The position numbers and the translations under genes are program-made. From positions 7,812,001 to 7,876,000 of the forward strand of contig CM035358.1 in NCBI GenBank assembly GCA_020137815.1: 64,000 bases of DNA, read 5' to 3'. Position 1 is the stretch's first letter. The number at the start of each line of letters is the position of its first letter. Below are positions 25,778 through 40,227 of this stretch, piece after piece. Below the pieces are notes generated by a model, which saw nothing but the letters and a program-made list of their open reading frames with translations, was not told where the DNA came from and made no database searches. This DNA is from Hormiphora californensis. Taxonomy: Eukaryota; Animalia; Ctenophora.

Positions 25778-27945
25778 TTGGCCCCTCTACTCCAATCAGC
25801 AACGAGGAAACTTGGAGAGTCAGTTGATGCAGCTGCCTCATACGAGATCTCGTCTATCCTGTCCTCCTTCCAACCATCCTCGAGGCGATCCAATCTCTCT
25901 ACTCCCCACCGTCAAGCTCTCAAGGACCTCCAGGAGAAGAAGTCCTCTCTCCGGTTCCTGCCCGCTGATAAGGGTAACGCTACTGTTGTCCTTGCTGAGG
26001 AGCAGTATCTCGAGAAAGTGAACGACCACATCTCCTCTGCTGGAGCCTACGAGCTGCTACCGTCTAATCCTACCGCCTCTCTACACCGCCGACTGGATGC
26101 TCTCCTGAAGGATCTACAGACCCGGAAGCTACTCTCTGAGCCGCAGAAGAAACAGATGAGACTGACGAACCCCCGTTATCCTCAACTGTACGGTCAACCC
26201 AAGATCCACAAACCTGGAGCCCCCATCCGTCCTATTGTCGCCTTCTACAACAGCCCTCTCTCTGCTCTCCACTCCTTCCTATCCTCCCTTCTCAAACCCT
26301 TGGCTGCTTCCTCCCTCCGTCTCAAGGACTCTACAGACCTAGTCAACCGCCTCCGCTCCAGCCAATCCCCCTCTTTTCCCTACTACTTCTCTCTGGATGT
26401 GGTCTCCTTGTACACAAACTGTGACATGAGGGCTGCAGTGGACTCCACTATCAGACGTCTTGAGGAAACTCCTGATATCCTTCCTACTCCCCTCACTCCC
26501 TCTACTATCCGCTCTCTCTTGGACTTCTGCCTCGACAACGCCTACTTCGAGTTCAACGGAAACTTCTACGCTCAACGTACCGGAGGAGCGATGGGTTCTC
26601 CCCTCACCGTTATCCTGGCTGAGATTCGTGTTACGGAACAGGAACAACACGCTCTCAAGTCCTTCTCCGACCCACTGGGATCTTGGAACCACTTCGTTGA
26701 CGACGCCATAGGAGCTGCCAGGGATTATGATCACGCCGAGTCTTTCTTCTCCTACATCAACTCCCTTGCTCCAGATCTCAAGTACACCATCGAGCACCCT
26801 AAGGATGGACTTCTCCCCTATCTTGACGTCCTTCTCCATCCCGACCTCTCTACCTCTGTCTACCGGAAACCTACACATACCAACCTCTATCTCAAGTACA
26901 ACTCCTCTACTCCTGCCTCTACACGCCGCTCTGTTATCCAATCCTTAACCCGTCGGGCCTACAACATCTGTTCTCCCCAACATCTCGAAAAGGAACTCGA
27001 CACAGTCTACAACATCTGTCTCTGCAATGGATTTCCTCCCTACGAGATCTCCACTCTGATGTCTACTGTTCGGGACCGCCTTCTACACCCCAAACCGTCA
27101 AAATCCCGTCCTCCTTCTTCCTTCGTCCACCGTGTAGTCCTACCCTATCACCCGGACCTCTCCTCTCGACTCAAACGGACCCTCAACCGCTACAACATAG
27201 ACGTCACCTTCTCTTCCTCTTCTACCCTACGGAACATCCTCACCCAGACCAAATCTTCGCCTCCTTCTGATAGTACTCCCAACTCCATCTACTCCATTCC
27301 CTGCCGCGACTGCCCATCTTTCTACGTTGGCCAGACCAAGCGACCAGTGAAAACCCGGATTAAGGAACACGAATCAAACTTCTACAACAACTCTCTCTAC
27401 AACACCGATGGGAAGATGAAATCTGCTCCTGCTATCCACGCTCGGGAATCTGGACACACCATGGACTGGAATTCTACCTCTATCCTCTCCTCTTCTTCCT
27501 CCTGCCTCAGTCTAAATCTACTGGAACAAGCGGCTATTCACACTCTTCAACCGGCGATTAACCGAACAGATAAAGTTCCTACTGTCAACCTCCAATGGAC
27601 TCACCTTCTCCCCAGGATTGCTAACTCCTTCAAACCCCGTCCTGCTGGCATCTCCATCAAACCTAGATCTCCCAAACCTGTTTCCTAATTCTCTTCAGCT
27701 CGGATCACCTCTTCTCCCTTCCCGTGGATCACCTCCCCCATCCCCTCCTCTCGGATCGCATCTTCCTTCTCGGATCTCATCCCTTCCTCTCTCCTCCCCT
27801 CCCCGGATCCCATATCCTCTTCTCCACTACATAAACACTTTCATTTTTCATTGTTGTTATAGCTGAAGACGTCTGACATAGATCAGTCGAAAGCTCCTGT
27901 TCTTAATTGAATATTAGTACTGCAAAATCGTTGTTTCTCTTTAAT
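25778..27945 (+). mobile_element. Penelope-like retroelement, 5'-truncated; RT + GIY-YIG ORF 25778-27688
   Basis: ADKGN, YGQPKIHK, RPIV, SLDVVSLYTN, GAMGSP, FVDD, LPYLDV, YRKPTHT; GIY-YIG SIYSIPCRDC..YVGQT..RIKEH; 3' UTR carries a hammerhead motif. Confidence 0.95.
27858..27900 (+). ncRNA. Minimal type-I hammerhead ribozyme in the Penelope 3' repeat
   Basis: AUAG-CUGAAGA-C-G.CUGA(cauaga)UCAG.C-GAA-AGCU-C-CUGU: stem I AUAG/CUGU, stem II, palindromic loopless stem III (AGCU), as in dimeric PLE hammerheads. Confidence 0.75.
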
Positions 27946-28780
27946 TGACATGGCTAATTAGAAAATTCGAAAATCTGAAATTTTTAGTGAAAATGGGCCA
28001 AAATACTTAGTTCGGGGGAAGTTTATCCTCACGGTAAATTGGGGCCCGGTAAATCAGGGTCCGACAGTATCTATATTTAAAGTTCCTTTATCTCTTGAAA
28101 AACTAAAAGGGAATGTGCAATTGTGTAATGACCGATGACAGTAGGCTACTACAGTTATAGTTCAACTACTAGTTACTATAACAGTGTATGGTCAGTAGAT
28201 GGGCACAGATTTTATAAAATATAAATTGTGTGAAATACAGTCGGACCCCGATTTAACGGCACCCTCGGGGGAAAGGGTTTTGTCCGTTAAATCGGGGTGT
28301 CCGTTAAATCGGGGTAGAGCATATTTGGTCCATAAAACCCTATTTTTGTCCAAAATGCTATACTAAAACACCTCTAAGTGTTAAATGCAATGTCCATGTA
28401 TTGATTACATGATCATTTCTGATTAGAAAAAGAAAATAATTTTTTTTAAAATCAAAAAAAGTTATAAAAATTTTCTAAGGTACAACCATGTCCGAATCGT
28501 TTATTGAACCAGTGCATCTTATCGCATGTCTTGCTGCTAATTAGACGGTTCGAAACGAACCGATACGTGATACCATGCCGAATCGGGGCACTTTAAGCGG
28601 GGTGAGGAAGAATTCGAATTTCAAAATATCTTTTTCTCTGAAAATTTATGGGGAGCACCGATCAAAGCAATGACAATCATTCTGTAAAATTTTGCAAAAA
28701 AAGTTATGAAAATTTTTCAAAGGTATATCAACCACGTCCGAATCGTGTTTCTAATCAGTGCATCTTATCGCACGTCATGT

Positions 28781-31759
28781 GGTAGTATGAAAGATTAGGT
28801 CGTGCGCGCCAAATGGCGCCATATGGCGCCAAATGGCGCCATCATATTCGCCAAATGGCGCCACGTGGCGAACAAATGGCGCCATTTGGCGCCAAAATGT
28901 GGCGAGTGTGCACTATCGCCAAATGTCGCCATTTGTCGCCACTTGGCGCCGAACGTCGCCATTTGGCGCCATATGGCGACATTTGGCGCCAAATGGCGAC
29001 GTTCGGCGCCAAATGGCGCCAGATGGCGACAAACATTTGACAAAAATTTGGCGCCATATGGCGACATTTGGCGCCAAATGGCGACGTTTGGCGCCAGATG
29101 GCGACGTTTGGCGACAAATGGCGACTATCATTTGACAAACAGTTTGCGCCATATGTCGCCACTTGGCGCCATATGGTCATTTTTTTTTAACTTGTGCAAA
29201 ATTTTTTCCGAAAATGACATAAGTTCAGTTTTTTCGACTTTTATCATAGTTTTTGTCAAAAAATATTATTTTCCAACGAATATTATGTGTAAAAGTGTAT
29301 AGGGAATAGATTTACAGGCAAAATAAATTAAAAACTCATCTCGTGAGGTGCCGGTGACCATGTTTGCAAAAGCGTGTGCCATTCCGTCAAATTTTAATAT
29401 TTTTTCCTAAAATTTTCGAAAATATGCTGAAAAATGTCCAATATAAACACCTTTAAAATATGTAAGCAAACTTACTCAATCTATGAGGTGCAACCGGTGT
29501 TTAAAGTTACACTGTATACTTACAGCTACTTTTAAGCCCGTAGCACCTCACGTTTCACGACTTTTTCTAGCTAGATACTTGCAGTAGACTCAAAACCATC
29601 ATTTGTACCAAAAAAGTTCCAAAAATTTTGCTCAATGAGTGAGGTGCACCCAAAAAACTGTATTTTCTTCAAACGCTAATTGCACCTCACTCAGTGAGTA
29701 TATAGTTCTAAAAGTGGCCTTAATTTGCTCATATGACACTAGCGCACCCATTGGGTGCGCCCCAAGTAAGGGCTTTTTGATAACCCACACGGCTTTGCCG
29801 TGTGGTTGTTTTTGCCACTTTTAACGGAAATAACACGGTTGCCATGGCAACTGAAGTGGTAACTATGGGGACTGAATTGTTAAAATTCATTCGAAAATAA
29901 TAAGAAACTTCCACTGGAAATTCCAAAACAGCTTAACAGCTTTGGTCGCATAAAATGTTTTATGAAGGAGCACCCATTCCTACCCGGTTATCATTTGTGG
30001 TTTTTGATCTTAGATGTCGATTTTTTCAAAAACCCTACTTGGGATTAGACTAATTCTTTTTCTAATCGACTAAGCTAATCCTGAGCTTTCGAAAACACAC
30101 CCTATTGATATTGATCGGATGAAAAAACTTCGACGCGACATCTCCAAATTATAATATAGACTAGCGCACCCATTGGGTGCGCCCCAAGTAAGGGCTTTTT
30201 GATAACCCACACGGCTTCGCCGTGTGGTTGTTTTTGCCACTTTTAACGGAAATAACACGGTTGCCATGGCAACTGAAGTGGTAACTATGGGGACTGAATT
30301 GTTAAAATTCATTCGAAAATAATAGGAAACTTCCACTGGAAGTTCCAAAAGTGTGAGCAACAGCTTAACAGCTTTGGTCGCATAAAATGTTTTATGAAGG
30401 AGCACCCATTCCTACCCGGTTATTGTTTGTGGTTTTTTGATCTTTGATGTCGATTTTTTCAAAAACCCTACTTGGGATTAGACTAATTCTTTTTCTAATC
30501 GACTAAGCTAATCCTGAGCTTTCGAAAACACACCCTATTGATGTAGATCTGATGAAAAAACTTCGACGCGACATCTCCAAATTATAATATAGATCCCCAA
30601 ACACTACCTAATCGATTCCAAGGTCATTGCTCAACCTGTGAGGTGCACTGGAGAAGTAGGTAAAATATGTCATTTTTTGAGGGTCTGCACCTCACTCGCT
30701 GAGTAATTTTTAGAGAAAATTTTCGGTAAATCAGGAGGGAAATTGTCTAATCTTGCTTTATGCCAAGTTTCAATTCTTTATTTACTCATTTGACCCCTAG
30801 TGAGTAAACATTTAGCTCTAAAATCGGCTTGCACCTCACCAAATGAGTAAATTTTTCCATGGTTTTCACCTCATCTGATGAGTGAGAAATATCCCCACCA
30901 TTTCTGAAAGTTTGGAGATTTTTGATCTAACGGTATTTCTACAAATCGGGGGCACCTCACGATAGCACCTCACGGCGTAGAAATGCTATAGCACCTCACT
31001 GGAGTAAGCTAGAGACTTCGTTCTTTCACTAAATTGAACTTTTAATATTTCTCGATTTTTTGAGGTGCTGAGTAAATTTCCAGTGGCCACAGCTATTTTG
31101 CTATGATCATTTGAAAAAATTTGGTAGTTGCACAAGTTAAAAAAAAATGACCATATGGCGACATTTGGCGCCAAATGGCGATGTTCGGCGCCAAGTGGCG
31201 CCATATGGCGACTTTTGGCGACAAACGTTTGACAAAAATTTGGCGCCATATGGCGACATTTGGCGCCAAATGGCGACGTTTGGCGCCAGATGGCGACGTT
31301 TAGCGCCAACTGGTGACATTTGGCGCCGTTCGGCGCCAATTGGCGATTTTTTCGCCAAATGGCGCCACGCGGCGCCGAGTGGCGAGCGTCATATTTTGGA
31401 AAGCATTGAAAATTTGCTATTCTTATCGCCAAATGGCGCCATTTGGCGATAAATATGTTGCGCATGTTTTTTTCAGACTTCATACCATCGCCACGTGGCG
31501 ATACCGCCAAGAGTCGCCAACATTTGGCGAATGGCGATCGCCACTGGCGCCACGTGGCGCCACGCGGCGCCAGATTTGGCGCCAAATGGCGCCATTTGGC
31601 GCCAGAAATGGCGCCATTTGGCGATAGTGCGCACTCGCCACATTTTGGCGCCAAATGGCGCCATTTGTTCGCCACGTGGCGCCATTTGGCGAATATGATG
31701 GCGCCATTTGGCGCCATATGGCGCCATTTGGCGCGCACGACCTAATCTTTCATACTACC
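28781..31759. mobile_element. Foldback-like element with GG termini, 8-bp TSD and GGCGCC-rich subterminal repeats (Merlin/Mutator-like)
   Basis: GGTAGTATGAAAGATTAGGTCGTGCGCGCC ... GGCGCGCACGACCTAATCTTTCATACTACC; TSD CGTCATGT (28773-28780, 31760-31767); >140-bp TIR. Confidence 0.88.
29739..30593 (-). mobile_element. Head-to-tail dimer of non-autonomous Helitron
   Basis: Minus strand A|TCTATATTATAATTTGGAG...GCGCACCCAATGGGTGCGCTAG|T, twice (junction 30160/30161). Confidence 0.85.
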
Positions 31760-32346
31760 CGTCATGTCGCTAATTAGACGGTTCGAAACGAACTGATACG
31801 TGATCCCCATGGGACCAGTTAAGTTTACCAAGCGTCAAAATTGCGATTCGATGGGCCTCATGGGGATCACATATCTGTTCGTTTCGAACCGTCTAATTTC
31901 CGGCAAGACATGCAATAAGATTCACCGATTCAAAACACGATTCGGACGTGGTTAATACACCTTTGAAAAATTTTCAAAAAATTTTCAAAAAATTTTTGGG
32001 GGAAATTTATCCTGCCGTTAAATCGGGGTGCCGCTAAATCGGGGGCCGTTAAATCGGGGTCCGACTGTAGTAAGTTGTGTTACTATTACTTATCAGTAAC
32101 ACTACTTTTCGATCTCAACATGAACAATAAGTACTATCTAATTCTTAACTTAGTAAATTTCCCTCTCTCCCTTACCAGTAGGATCCAAAGGAAGATAAAA
32201 CACAGAGCCAGTGAAAGGAAAAGTCTGTCTGTTCTAGAATACACGACGTCTCCTCTGAAACCACGAAGACTGTTCAACATCCACAAAACGAAACTTGAAC
32301 ACAATGTAACTGGGGTGCTGACCATCCCTCTCTATCTCTCTCTCTA

Positions 32347-32429
<83 letters not shown>

Positions 32430-32720
32430 CTCTCTCTCTTTTTCTTCTCTCTTTCTGTCTCCGTTAGTATCACACCTGTCGACTAACCTAATGTTGGGGC
32501 GATGTCATATTGTGATTGATATTCAACTGAAAAATAGTATATGGCACAGACAGACAGACAAACCGACAGACAATTAACAAACCGGCCAGATAAAAGCGTT
32601 GGATGGTTTTCTTAGTAAGAATTCTTTTAACTAATTCTCCTGGAATATTGAATAATAAACCTTAAGGAATTATAGTCCACAATGGAACCCAACCCCTCAG
32701 CTCAACAACACGCCTCATTT

Positions 32721-32758
<38 letters not shown>

Positions 32759-33195
32759 TCTTTCTCTCATCACGCGATATTTGAAAGAGTGGTTGATGAA
32801 ACTGAATTAAAATCTAAAAGCTCAAGTTGATCTCTCTGTTAAAGGATCACACCATGGGGGAGAATTAAAACCTCTCAAGCTGATCCCCTCTGTCTGATGA
32901 GGCCTCTCTTCTGTGCAGTGGGAAATATTGATCCTGCTTTGTATCCTCTATATGTTAGACTTTCATTTATCATTTCATCACCCTCATCACGAATTTAACG
33001 ACTTCAAACATAGGATTTATTCGCTATTGTTATATCAGCTCCTCCGGGGGGGGGGGGGGGGGGGTCGGATAAGGTAAATTCTTTGTCCATCTTCTTTTCT
33101 CTTTAAACCGCCCACACAATCAGTCAGCAGTATTTAATCCAACTTTCAAATCTCAGAATTCAGTTGCCTCCCTGTAGTTGTTGACCCAGTTTACA

Positions 33196-36100
33196 ATGAT
33201 GATACTACATCTTCTAATCTTTCTGCCTGCTGCAGTTTACAGCGAGGAGCACGTAAGAAAAATAATGTTACTGAGCCGTCTAGCCGTGCAGCAGACCCGA
33301 TCTGAGCGCACTATCAGCTGCTTTGTTGGTGTCAACAAGTCAGGCTCAGTTCCTACAACAACAACCAATCAGAACCCGTTATTTAGGTCACGTGACTGGT
33401 TATCAGCCAATCAGGGACCAGTTGTTGTCAGGCTCAGAATGTTGGAAAACAGTCGTTCCTATAACCCAGGTTCATGTCACGGCTATTTCAATTTGGCACT
33501 GAGACCTCAGACCTCAGACCTCAGACCTCAGACCTCAGATCTCAGGGCTCAGTGACGGTTATAGTCGAGATCTCCGGGCTATTCTTGGATATTCCCTGGA
33601 ATCTCAGAGAATAACCGGTTATTCTCTGAGAATCCAGGGAATTTCTCAGGGAAGAGCCCCAGATCTCGACTATTATAGTCTCAGGGGTGTCTGATGAGGC
33701 CCTCTCAGGGGTAGTCTCAGGGGTAAATAGCCGTAACCTAAATCTGAGGTTTAGTCACGACTGTTTTCCCCCAATGGGGTCTGGCGCCACCTGACAGGTG
33801 CACGGCGTATAACGGCGCCAAGTTTTCATCTTGCCCCCTTTTTCCTAATTAGATAATTAAACTGTTTCTGCATGGTAGTGTAACCATCAAATAGTATATA
33901 TAAACAGACAACTTTTCTCTGCAGTGGAAAATTCACGCAGATGATGCTGATGCCACTCAAACGGAAGATATCAATACAGGATACACTGACTACTTAGATT
34001 CTGATTACAAATTCAATGTGACCGTTAACGGAACAAGTGAAGAAAAATCATTTTACCTAAATGTTCTGAAAATGTCAGAGTTGCTGGAAAATCAAAATGT
34101 GGTTGCTAGTAAGTGTGAATTAGAATTAGAATGTGAGGAGTGTGAAGTGTGAATTAGAATTAGAATGTAAGGAGTGTGAAATATGACTTAAAATTAGAAT
34201 GTGAGGAGTGTGAAGTGTATTTTCAACAGCAACTTTCTCAGCTTCCATCATTTAACAATGGAATTGTTATTATGAAGTAACTATACTATAAAATGATTCT
34301 ACCCACTGTGTTCCGAACCCAATAACGATACATTCTCCCCAGCCTGTAAATACGTGTTGTTCAAGGATTACAAAATGTTCTCCGATGCAAGTGCAAAATG
34401 CCTTTCTTTGCCCGACTACTGGCCCATAACTGCAGTCGGTGGTAAGTTGTGCCATCATAGTACAAGGTGTTCATATGGGATCTTTACAAGCGTTGGGCTT
34501 CACCCAGAAAAAAGTTGACAAGATTAGGTCATGAAACTTCATACTTGGACTATTCTATACCCTCATTCAAGGTTCCTGGGAGTTTTGGAGCTCTAGCACC
34601 CCCGGAAGTGTGTTTTTGGCATCAAAACTACCAGAAGGAATTTTCTGCTGGTGCTGAGACTTTGCTAAAATGTTTTTTGGGTATTTTCTATGTCAATCCC
34701 AAATTTTCATGGATATTGGATGTGTTTTACGGACTCAAAATTTCGATAAAAGTGGCTGGAAAGGCTCGAAAACGGCTCAAAAACGGCAAAAATCGAGTCT
34801 TTCCAGCAGTTGGTGATCTGTAGAATCTGCGATACTTTGTTTAGTAAAGGATGAGACACATAGTACTCAATAAGTATAATTTACTGATATCATGGCCACC
34901 AGCCTTGTTAACCGATGTTACCATGGTTACCACACATCTTGTCCCAGATAAGACAGGAAGCTTGGCAGACATCTACAGCTATAAAGATAACCTAGAAGTG
35001 GTGATGTTGATGTATATGGCTTGGGGAATCCCTTATCTTGTAAGTAATGATCTCTGATCTTTCTCTCTCTTATATTGTAGGTAACGATCTCTCTTTAGTC
35101 TTTATCTCTCTTATAGTGTAAGTAACGATCTCTCTTTCTCTCTCTTATCTTGTAAGTATAAACGATCTCTCTTTCTCTCTCTTACATTGAAAGTAACAAT
35201 ATCTCTTTATATCTCTTATAGTGTAAGTAACGATCTCTCATTCTCTCTTATCAATTGGTACTATTATCATATTCTAATAGTGATCATGATGATAATTGAT
35301 ACATAACAAATATATAATCGGTATAAGTGCTAAGCTAAACATGACCCTCTCGGGCATACCGTATCTTCTCTTTCTTAATTGAAATAAGCAATATAACAGT
35401 GATAAGTTTAGCTTATTTATTATTTAATATCACTATTGTTCCTTTATTGATTCTAATAAAACTGTACGTTCAGGGTGATGGTAAGAAGTTTGACATTTGT
35501 CCCTCTCTCTCATCACTATGGTGTGGGTTGTTACCCCTACCAACTAGATAATGTTACCATGGTTACCCCTACCAACTAACTACTCTTACCATGTTACCCC
35601 TACAGGGTAATGGTAAGTTTGACGCTAGAAACTGGGCTTGGATCAATCTCCAAAAAGTGTCTGACACATATAACGAATCAGAGACGGTAAGTGTTTTATT
35701 CAAATACTTTTGATCAAAAAAATAATAATATATTAATGGTATTAATTATTTGATTTTTTTGATCTCATCCTTGATTAGGCGATGTTTAGACAACAATACA
35801 AGACGATAATAATATTAATTAAATAATATTTGTATTTGATCATATTGGTTTAATATTACATCATCTAACCAGGGAGTGAACTATAACAAATCGGACTATG
35901 TATGGGGTAACGGAGAGAACCCTAGTTGGGACCAGTGGATGAAAGATCAACCTGATATGGCAAAGTGAGTTTCTCTCTTTCTCTGATCACCCGTTATTTA
36001 GGTCAACTAAGCTAAGGGGGTATACACAGCAGGCAAACTGGCAGGTTTTCACGCGTTTGTGTGTAGAAGGCAAAAGTGTTGCATGTTTTCTCTCTTTTTT

Positions 36101-39100
36101 GAGTTAGACGGTAATTCTAAGGTGGGGGCCCTACCCCCACGCCCTTTTTGGGCCCGGGGCACTTGCCAGTGCTATGATCTCTTTTTTAATTTCTTGATTA
36201 TTTCCTCTTGATTACCCGGTATCCCCAATTTCAAGATCCTCAAAGACCGGGGATAGACAAAAGAATGTACGAATAAACAAGATAGGAACATGGGATGATA
36301 GCCACGCCTATGCATTGACTCCTTTTATCTGTAACTATTGTGGTAAGTTACCATGGTTACCCGTACCAACTAGCTACTGTTACCATGGTTACCCCTACCA
36401 ACTAAATACTGTTACCATGGTTACCCCTAACAACTCACTACTGTTACCATGGTTACCCGTACCAACTAGCTACTGTTACCATGGTTACCCCTGAACGGGG
36501 GGAGAATATACACTCGGTGGGGTGATCTTAGGCAGGTGGGTGGGTGATAGGTTTGTTCAGATTGCGGGTTCGTCACCCAGGATTTCTCAAAACAAAGGGG
36601 TTCACCGGGTTCGTAACTGTAGTCTTGGGGGGTAATCACTCACACAATCTTCAATCTTCACTGGTCACACAAACTTTGGTGCACATGCACGCAAAGTAAA
36701 CGCTCACATCGACATCAGATACGGTCAAGAAACACTGGTCACTCAAACTTTGGTGCACATGCACGCAAAGTAAACGCTCACATCGACATCGGATACGGTC
36801 AAGAAACACGGGCAAGTTCTCCCTCAAGCAAGGATGGTAGGTGCTCTCGGGCAATAAAATGCACACTGTCTCACTCTTTCACTTGGCTTTAAATATCCCG
36901 ACAAACAACAAGTCACGTGATATCCGTACCAGAAACAATCCGGAACAACACCAAAGTTCTGTACCACTTCTCCGACTCGAACTGTCGACACCGTCCAAGT
37001 AAAAGAGGCGATACTATCGGACAGACCCGTCTGACTGACTTTCACTATGGCTCTCTCTACTCAACTACCTATTCTCACTCTAAGCTATCTGACAGTCTTA
37101 GTAAGCTCATTGTTCACACCTCACTTCACCAGAGCTCTCGCACATGGCTGGGAAAACGTGACAACTCACCACTAAAACTAGGGAAAGGGATACTGGGGTA
37201 ACAGGGGTATCTCTCATATCCCACATTCACCCTCTCCTGTGAAACAGAAATTGACCCATTACTCCAGGTTAGAAAATATTCTCTTCTCAAAGCTCTACTG
37301 ACTACTCTAAGACTAAAAGAAATTTAACTCTACAAGAACTCACTCAATATAAACTCTTCTCATATATGAAATTTCGTCTATGGCGGTTATGGTTTATCTG
37401 GACAAATACTCTCAGGGACAAACATTCAAACAGACTAACTCAGGGACAAACTAACACAGGGATAAACTAACTCAGGGACAAACTAACTCAGGGATAAACT
37501 AGCACAGAGACAAACTAACACAGGGACAAACTAACACAGGTACAAACTAACTCAGAGGCAAACTAACACAGGTACAAACTAACTCAGAGGCAAACTAACA
37601 CAGGTACAAACTAACACAGAGACAAACTAACTCAGGGACAAACTAACTCAGGGACAAACTAACTCAGGGACAAACTAACACAGGGGCAAACTAACGCAGG
37701 GACAAACTAACGCAGGGACAAACTAACACAGGGACAAACTAACTCAGGGACAAACTAACACAGGGACAAACTAACTCAGGGACAAACTAACACAGGGACA
37801 AACTAACACAGGGGCAAACTAACTCAGGGACAAACTAACACAGGGACAAACTAACACAGGGGCAACCTAACTTAAACAAATAAACACAAGGACAAAAGGA
37901 CAAAGGCAGCCACTAACATTCAAGCAGACACTTAGACAGCCACCATTTTCTAACAACAGTCACATAAAAACCATAGATTATCAACAATTATTTGTCCAGA
38001 CGAAACCCACAACACGTCTTAAGATCTGTCATAAGGCGCTCTCAAGATACTCAAAGCTAAAGATGATAATATAAAGTTATAATTCTCTAATTACTCTCAG
38101 GATTTGCTCCATCTGGTTCTACAAACTGCAAAGAAGAGTGCACATGCACGTCGATTCTTCACAATTCTCGAATTACTCTCAGGATTTGCTCCCTCTGGTT
38201 CTGCAAAGAAGAGTGCACATGCACGTCGATTCTTCACAAAACCAGACGGGCAACTCAACTTTATGACCGAAAGGTACAAGCATACATACACAAGTTCCTA
38301 TCAGTCACAAAAATGGCTCAAGGTGTTACTGATAAAATTCGCCTATAACAGTTGGTCAGACTGATACTGGAATGTGGTGACGGGGACCAAACCTTCACCA
38401 CAAATGAACTATCAGCAACTTCTCGTGTCAATTCGTATAGACGATACTACGATCGAACACGGTTCGTCAGCTAGAGTGTAGCACTAGAGTCCGCACACCA
38501 TTCCGCCAAATAGTGAAGGCACGATCCAACTTGGAGGCCATGCTCGTTCGCGTGTACAACGGTGCAAGATCAAAAAATTATCAGAAGCGAGCTTTTCAAA
38601 CGAAACTGATAAGTGATATGTGAGGAAGCTACTGTTACCATGGTTACCTCTACCAACTAACTAATAGTTTGAATCACATGCCTGTCACATTCAGAGGGGG
38701 AACACCTTAAATTCTGATCATTCATCCAGTTGTGACGGTGAAACTGAAAATAGTTTCCTTTCTTAAAAACACCTGCTGCTCCCTAGTTCCCTAAGTATTC
38801 TAGCCCTATACCCCAAATTGAATGTACCCGTTACGTACCCTAGTACCCTACTACCATGATAGCTGTACCCTACCCCAACTACCCTATACAGTATTTAGTA
38901 CAGTATTTAGTACAGTATTTAGTATTTAGTACAGTATTTAGTACAGTATTTTCTACCCCAACAGGAAAATACATGGTATTTGCTGAACATGTTAGTTGGG
39001 GAACTGCCCAGGAGTTGTGCACTGAATACGGCCTAAGCTTCGCAATGGTATGTTACACTTTCACTTTCACACTTTCAATCATATCAGTGGGCACGGTGTG

Positions 39101-40080
39101 AAACCTCGACTAGGTATACTGTTTTGTAGACTGGACCTAGGTTAAGTATTTTTTAGAGCTTGTAGTGGAGAAACGATTTTCAAAAACGGTACGCAGACAC
39201 ACTGTTTACGTGGCTCGGGGGAATTCAATTATTAAAACATACTTATTCAGCATGATATAGCACTTGCACAAGCTCCTGCGTACCGTTTTTGAAAATCATT
39301 ATTCCACCACACATCCCTATAATATCTCCATACCTAGTATCCTCCTCATATGGCAAGGTCATAAAATCCTTCCTCATCTCTCTTTAATAATGATGTACAA
39401 TAATTACAGGTGAATAGCGAGGAAGATAATAATGAATTAATTGGGGCAATTAATATGACGCTGGGATCAGATTACAGTAATCCGAGATTCAACAACTCTA
39501 ATTGGGTAACTAATTAACTCATTAAATAATTGTATAATTGTGGGGTAACCATGAAACATACTGCCTTATACTAAGCTTCGGTTTGTTTGGGCAGATTAAC
39601 ATTTTTTTCATTTACTTTCTACTTTGGGTTGATTATAATTCCCACTGCTCCTTCATAAAGATAATTTCTACTTCCAACTGCTCCTTCATAAATATGGTTT
39701 TCAATTAATTCCCACTGTTTTACAGGTTTGGATTGGTGTTGAGGAGGTTATGGATGACAATGGTATGGGAACTAACGTGTGGGCTAACCATGATAACACC
39801 ACCCTCGGTTGGGACCCAGCATGGGCCTATAAGCACCAGCCCGACCACATGACAGTCGGTGGTGTAGGTAAGAAAATACAATTGTTCAGTTATAGATCGG
39901 TTGTTTATTTACTTGAACACTTTGAAATAATTTCTCTCCATTCTCTCAGAACAACGAGTTGTGGCGGTGTCCCGTATGACAGGACAGTGGGATGATTCTT
40001 TTGAATACAAAAAGAGGCCCTTTGCATGCATGTGTCATAACGAATGTGCGAATGTGGTGACTGGTGACGACGAATCTTAA
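33196..40080 (+). CDS. Secreted C-type lectin with two CTLDs (both QPD/WDD), 10 exons
   Basis: Exons 33196-33252, 33925-34108, 34948-35039, 35606-35686, 35873-35964, 36236-36342, 38965-39047, 39410-39505, 39726-39867, 39950-40080, phase-consistent. Signal peptide; WAWINL..W.KDQPD..GTWDD..PFIC; SWGTAQELC..VWIG..QPD..GQWDD..PFAC. Confidence 0.87.
35030..35250 (+). repeat. Degenerate tandem copies (~6) of a lectin exon end plus 5' splice site
   Basis: CTTATCTT|GTAAGTAA(T/C)GATCTCT recurs about every 35-40 bp after the true donor at 35039/35040. Confidence 0.75.
36493..38626 (+). mobile_element. 2.1-kb intronic insertion, absent from the second lectin copy; contains a 16-bp minisatellite (37430-37870) and a possible decayed Penelope GIY-YIG remnant (~36830-37030)
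   Basis: Comparison with 46800-46875; flanked by AGCTACTGTTACCATGGTTACC on both sides; frameshifted GAIK.H...NTKVL...QVKEAIL. Confidence 0.55.
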
Positions 40081-40227
40081 GTGAAATTTAATAACTGGAG
40101 CTCATAGGCTAATGTTTTAAAACTATAGTTGAACAATTTTTTGATCAATTTATGTTATTATACTTGTAATTATATTCAGCATTCAAAATTAAAATACTGT
40201 GTTTTTAGTACTTTGACTAATACTGTA

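Larger units (their letters stand above)
28238..32067. mobile_element. Tc1/mariner-pogo-type non-autonomous element (TA TSD) hosting nested insertions; short copy at 55262-55432, fragments at ~2765-2816 and ~28045-28068
   Basis: TA-CAGTCGGACCCCGATTTAACGG ... CCGTTAAATCGGGGTCCGACTG-TA. Confidence 0.88.

Noticed and set aside
26339-26941. 200-aa antisense ORF in the Penelope element
   Set aside because: Shadow of the C/T-rich codon usage of the RT ORF.
28795-31745. Many overlapping MAPNG/AKWRH ORFs
   Set aside because: Open in all frames because of stop-free GGCGCC repeats inside a TSD-flanked transposon.
32893-33730. CTGATGAG hits as hammerheads (also ~7305, ~30876, ~58273)
   Set aside because: No stem II plus GAAA/stem III arrangement.
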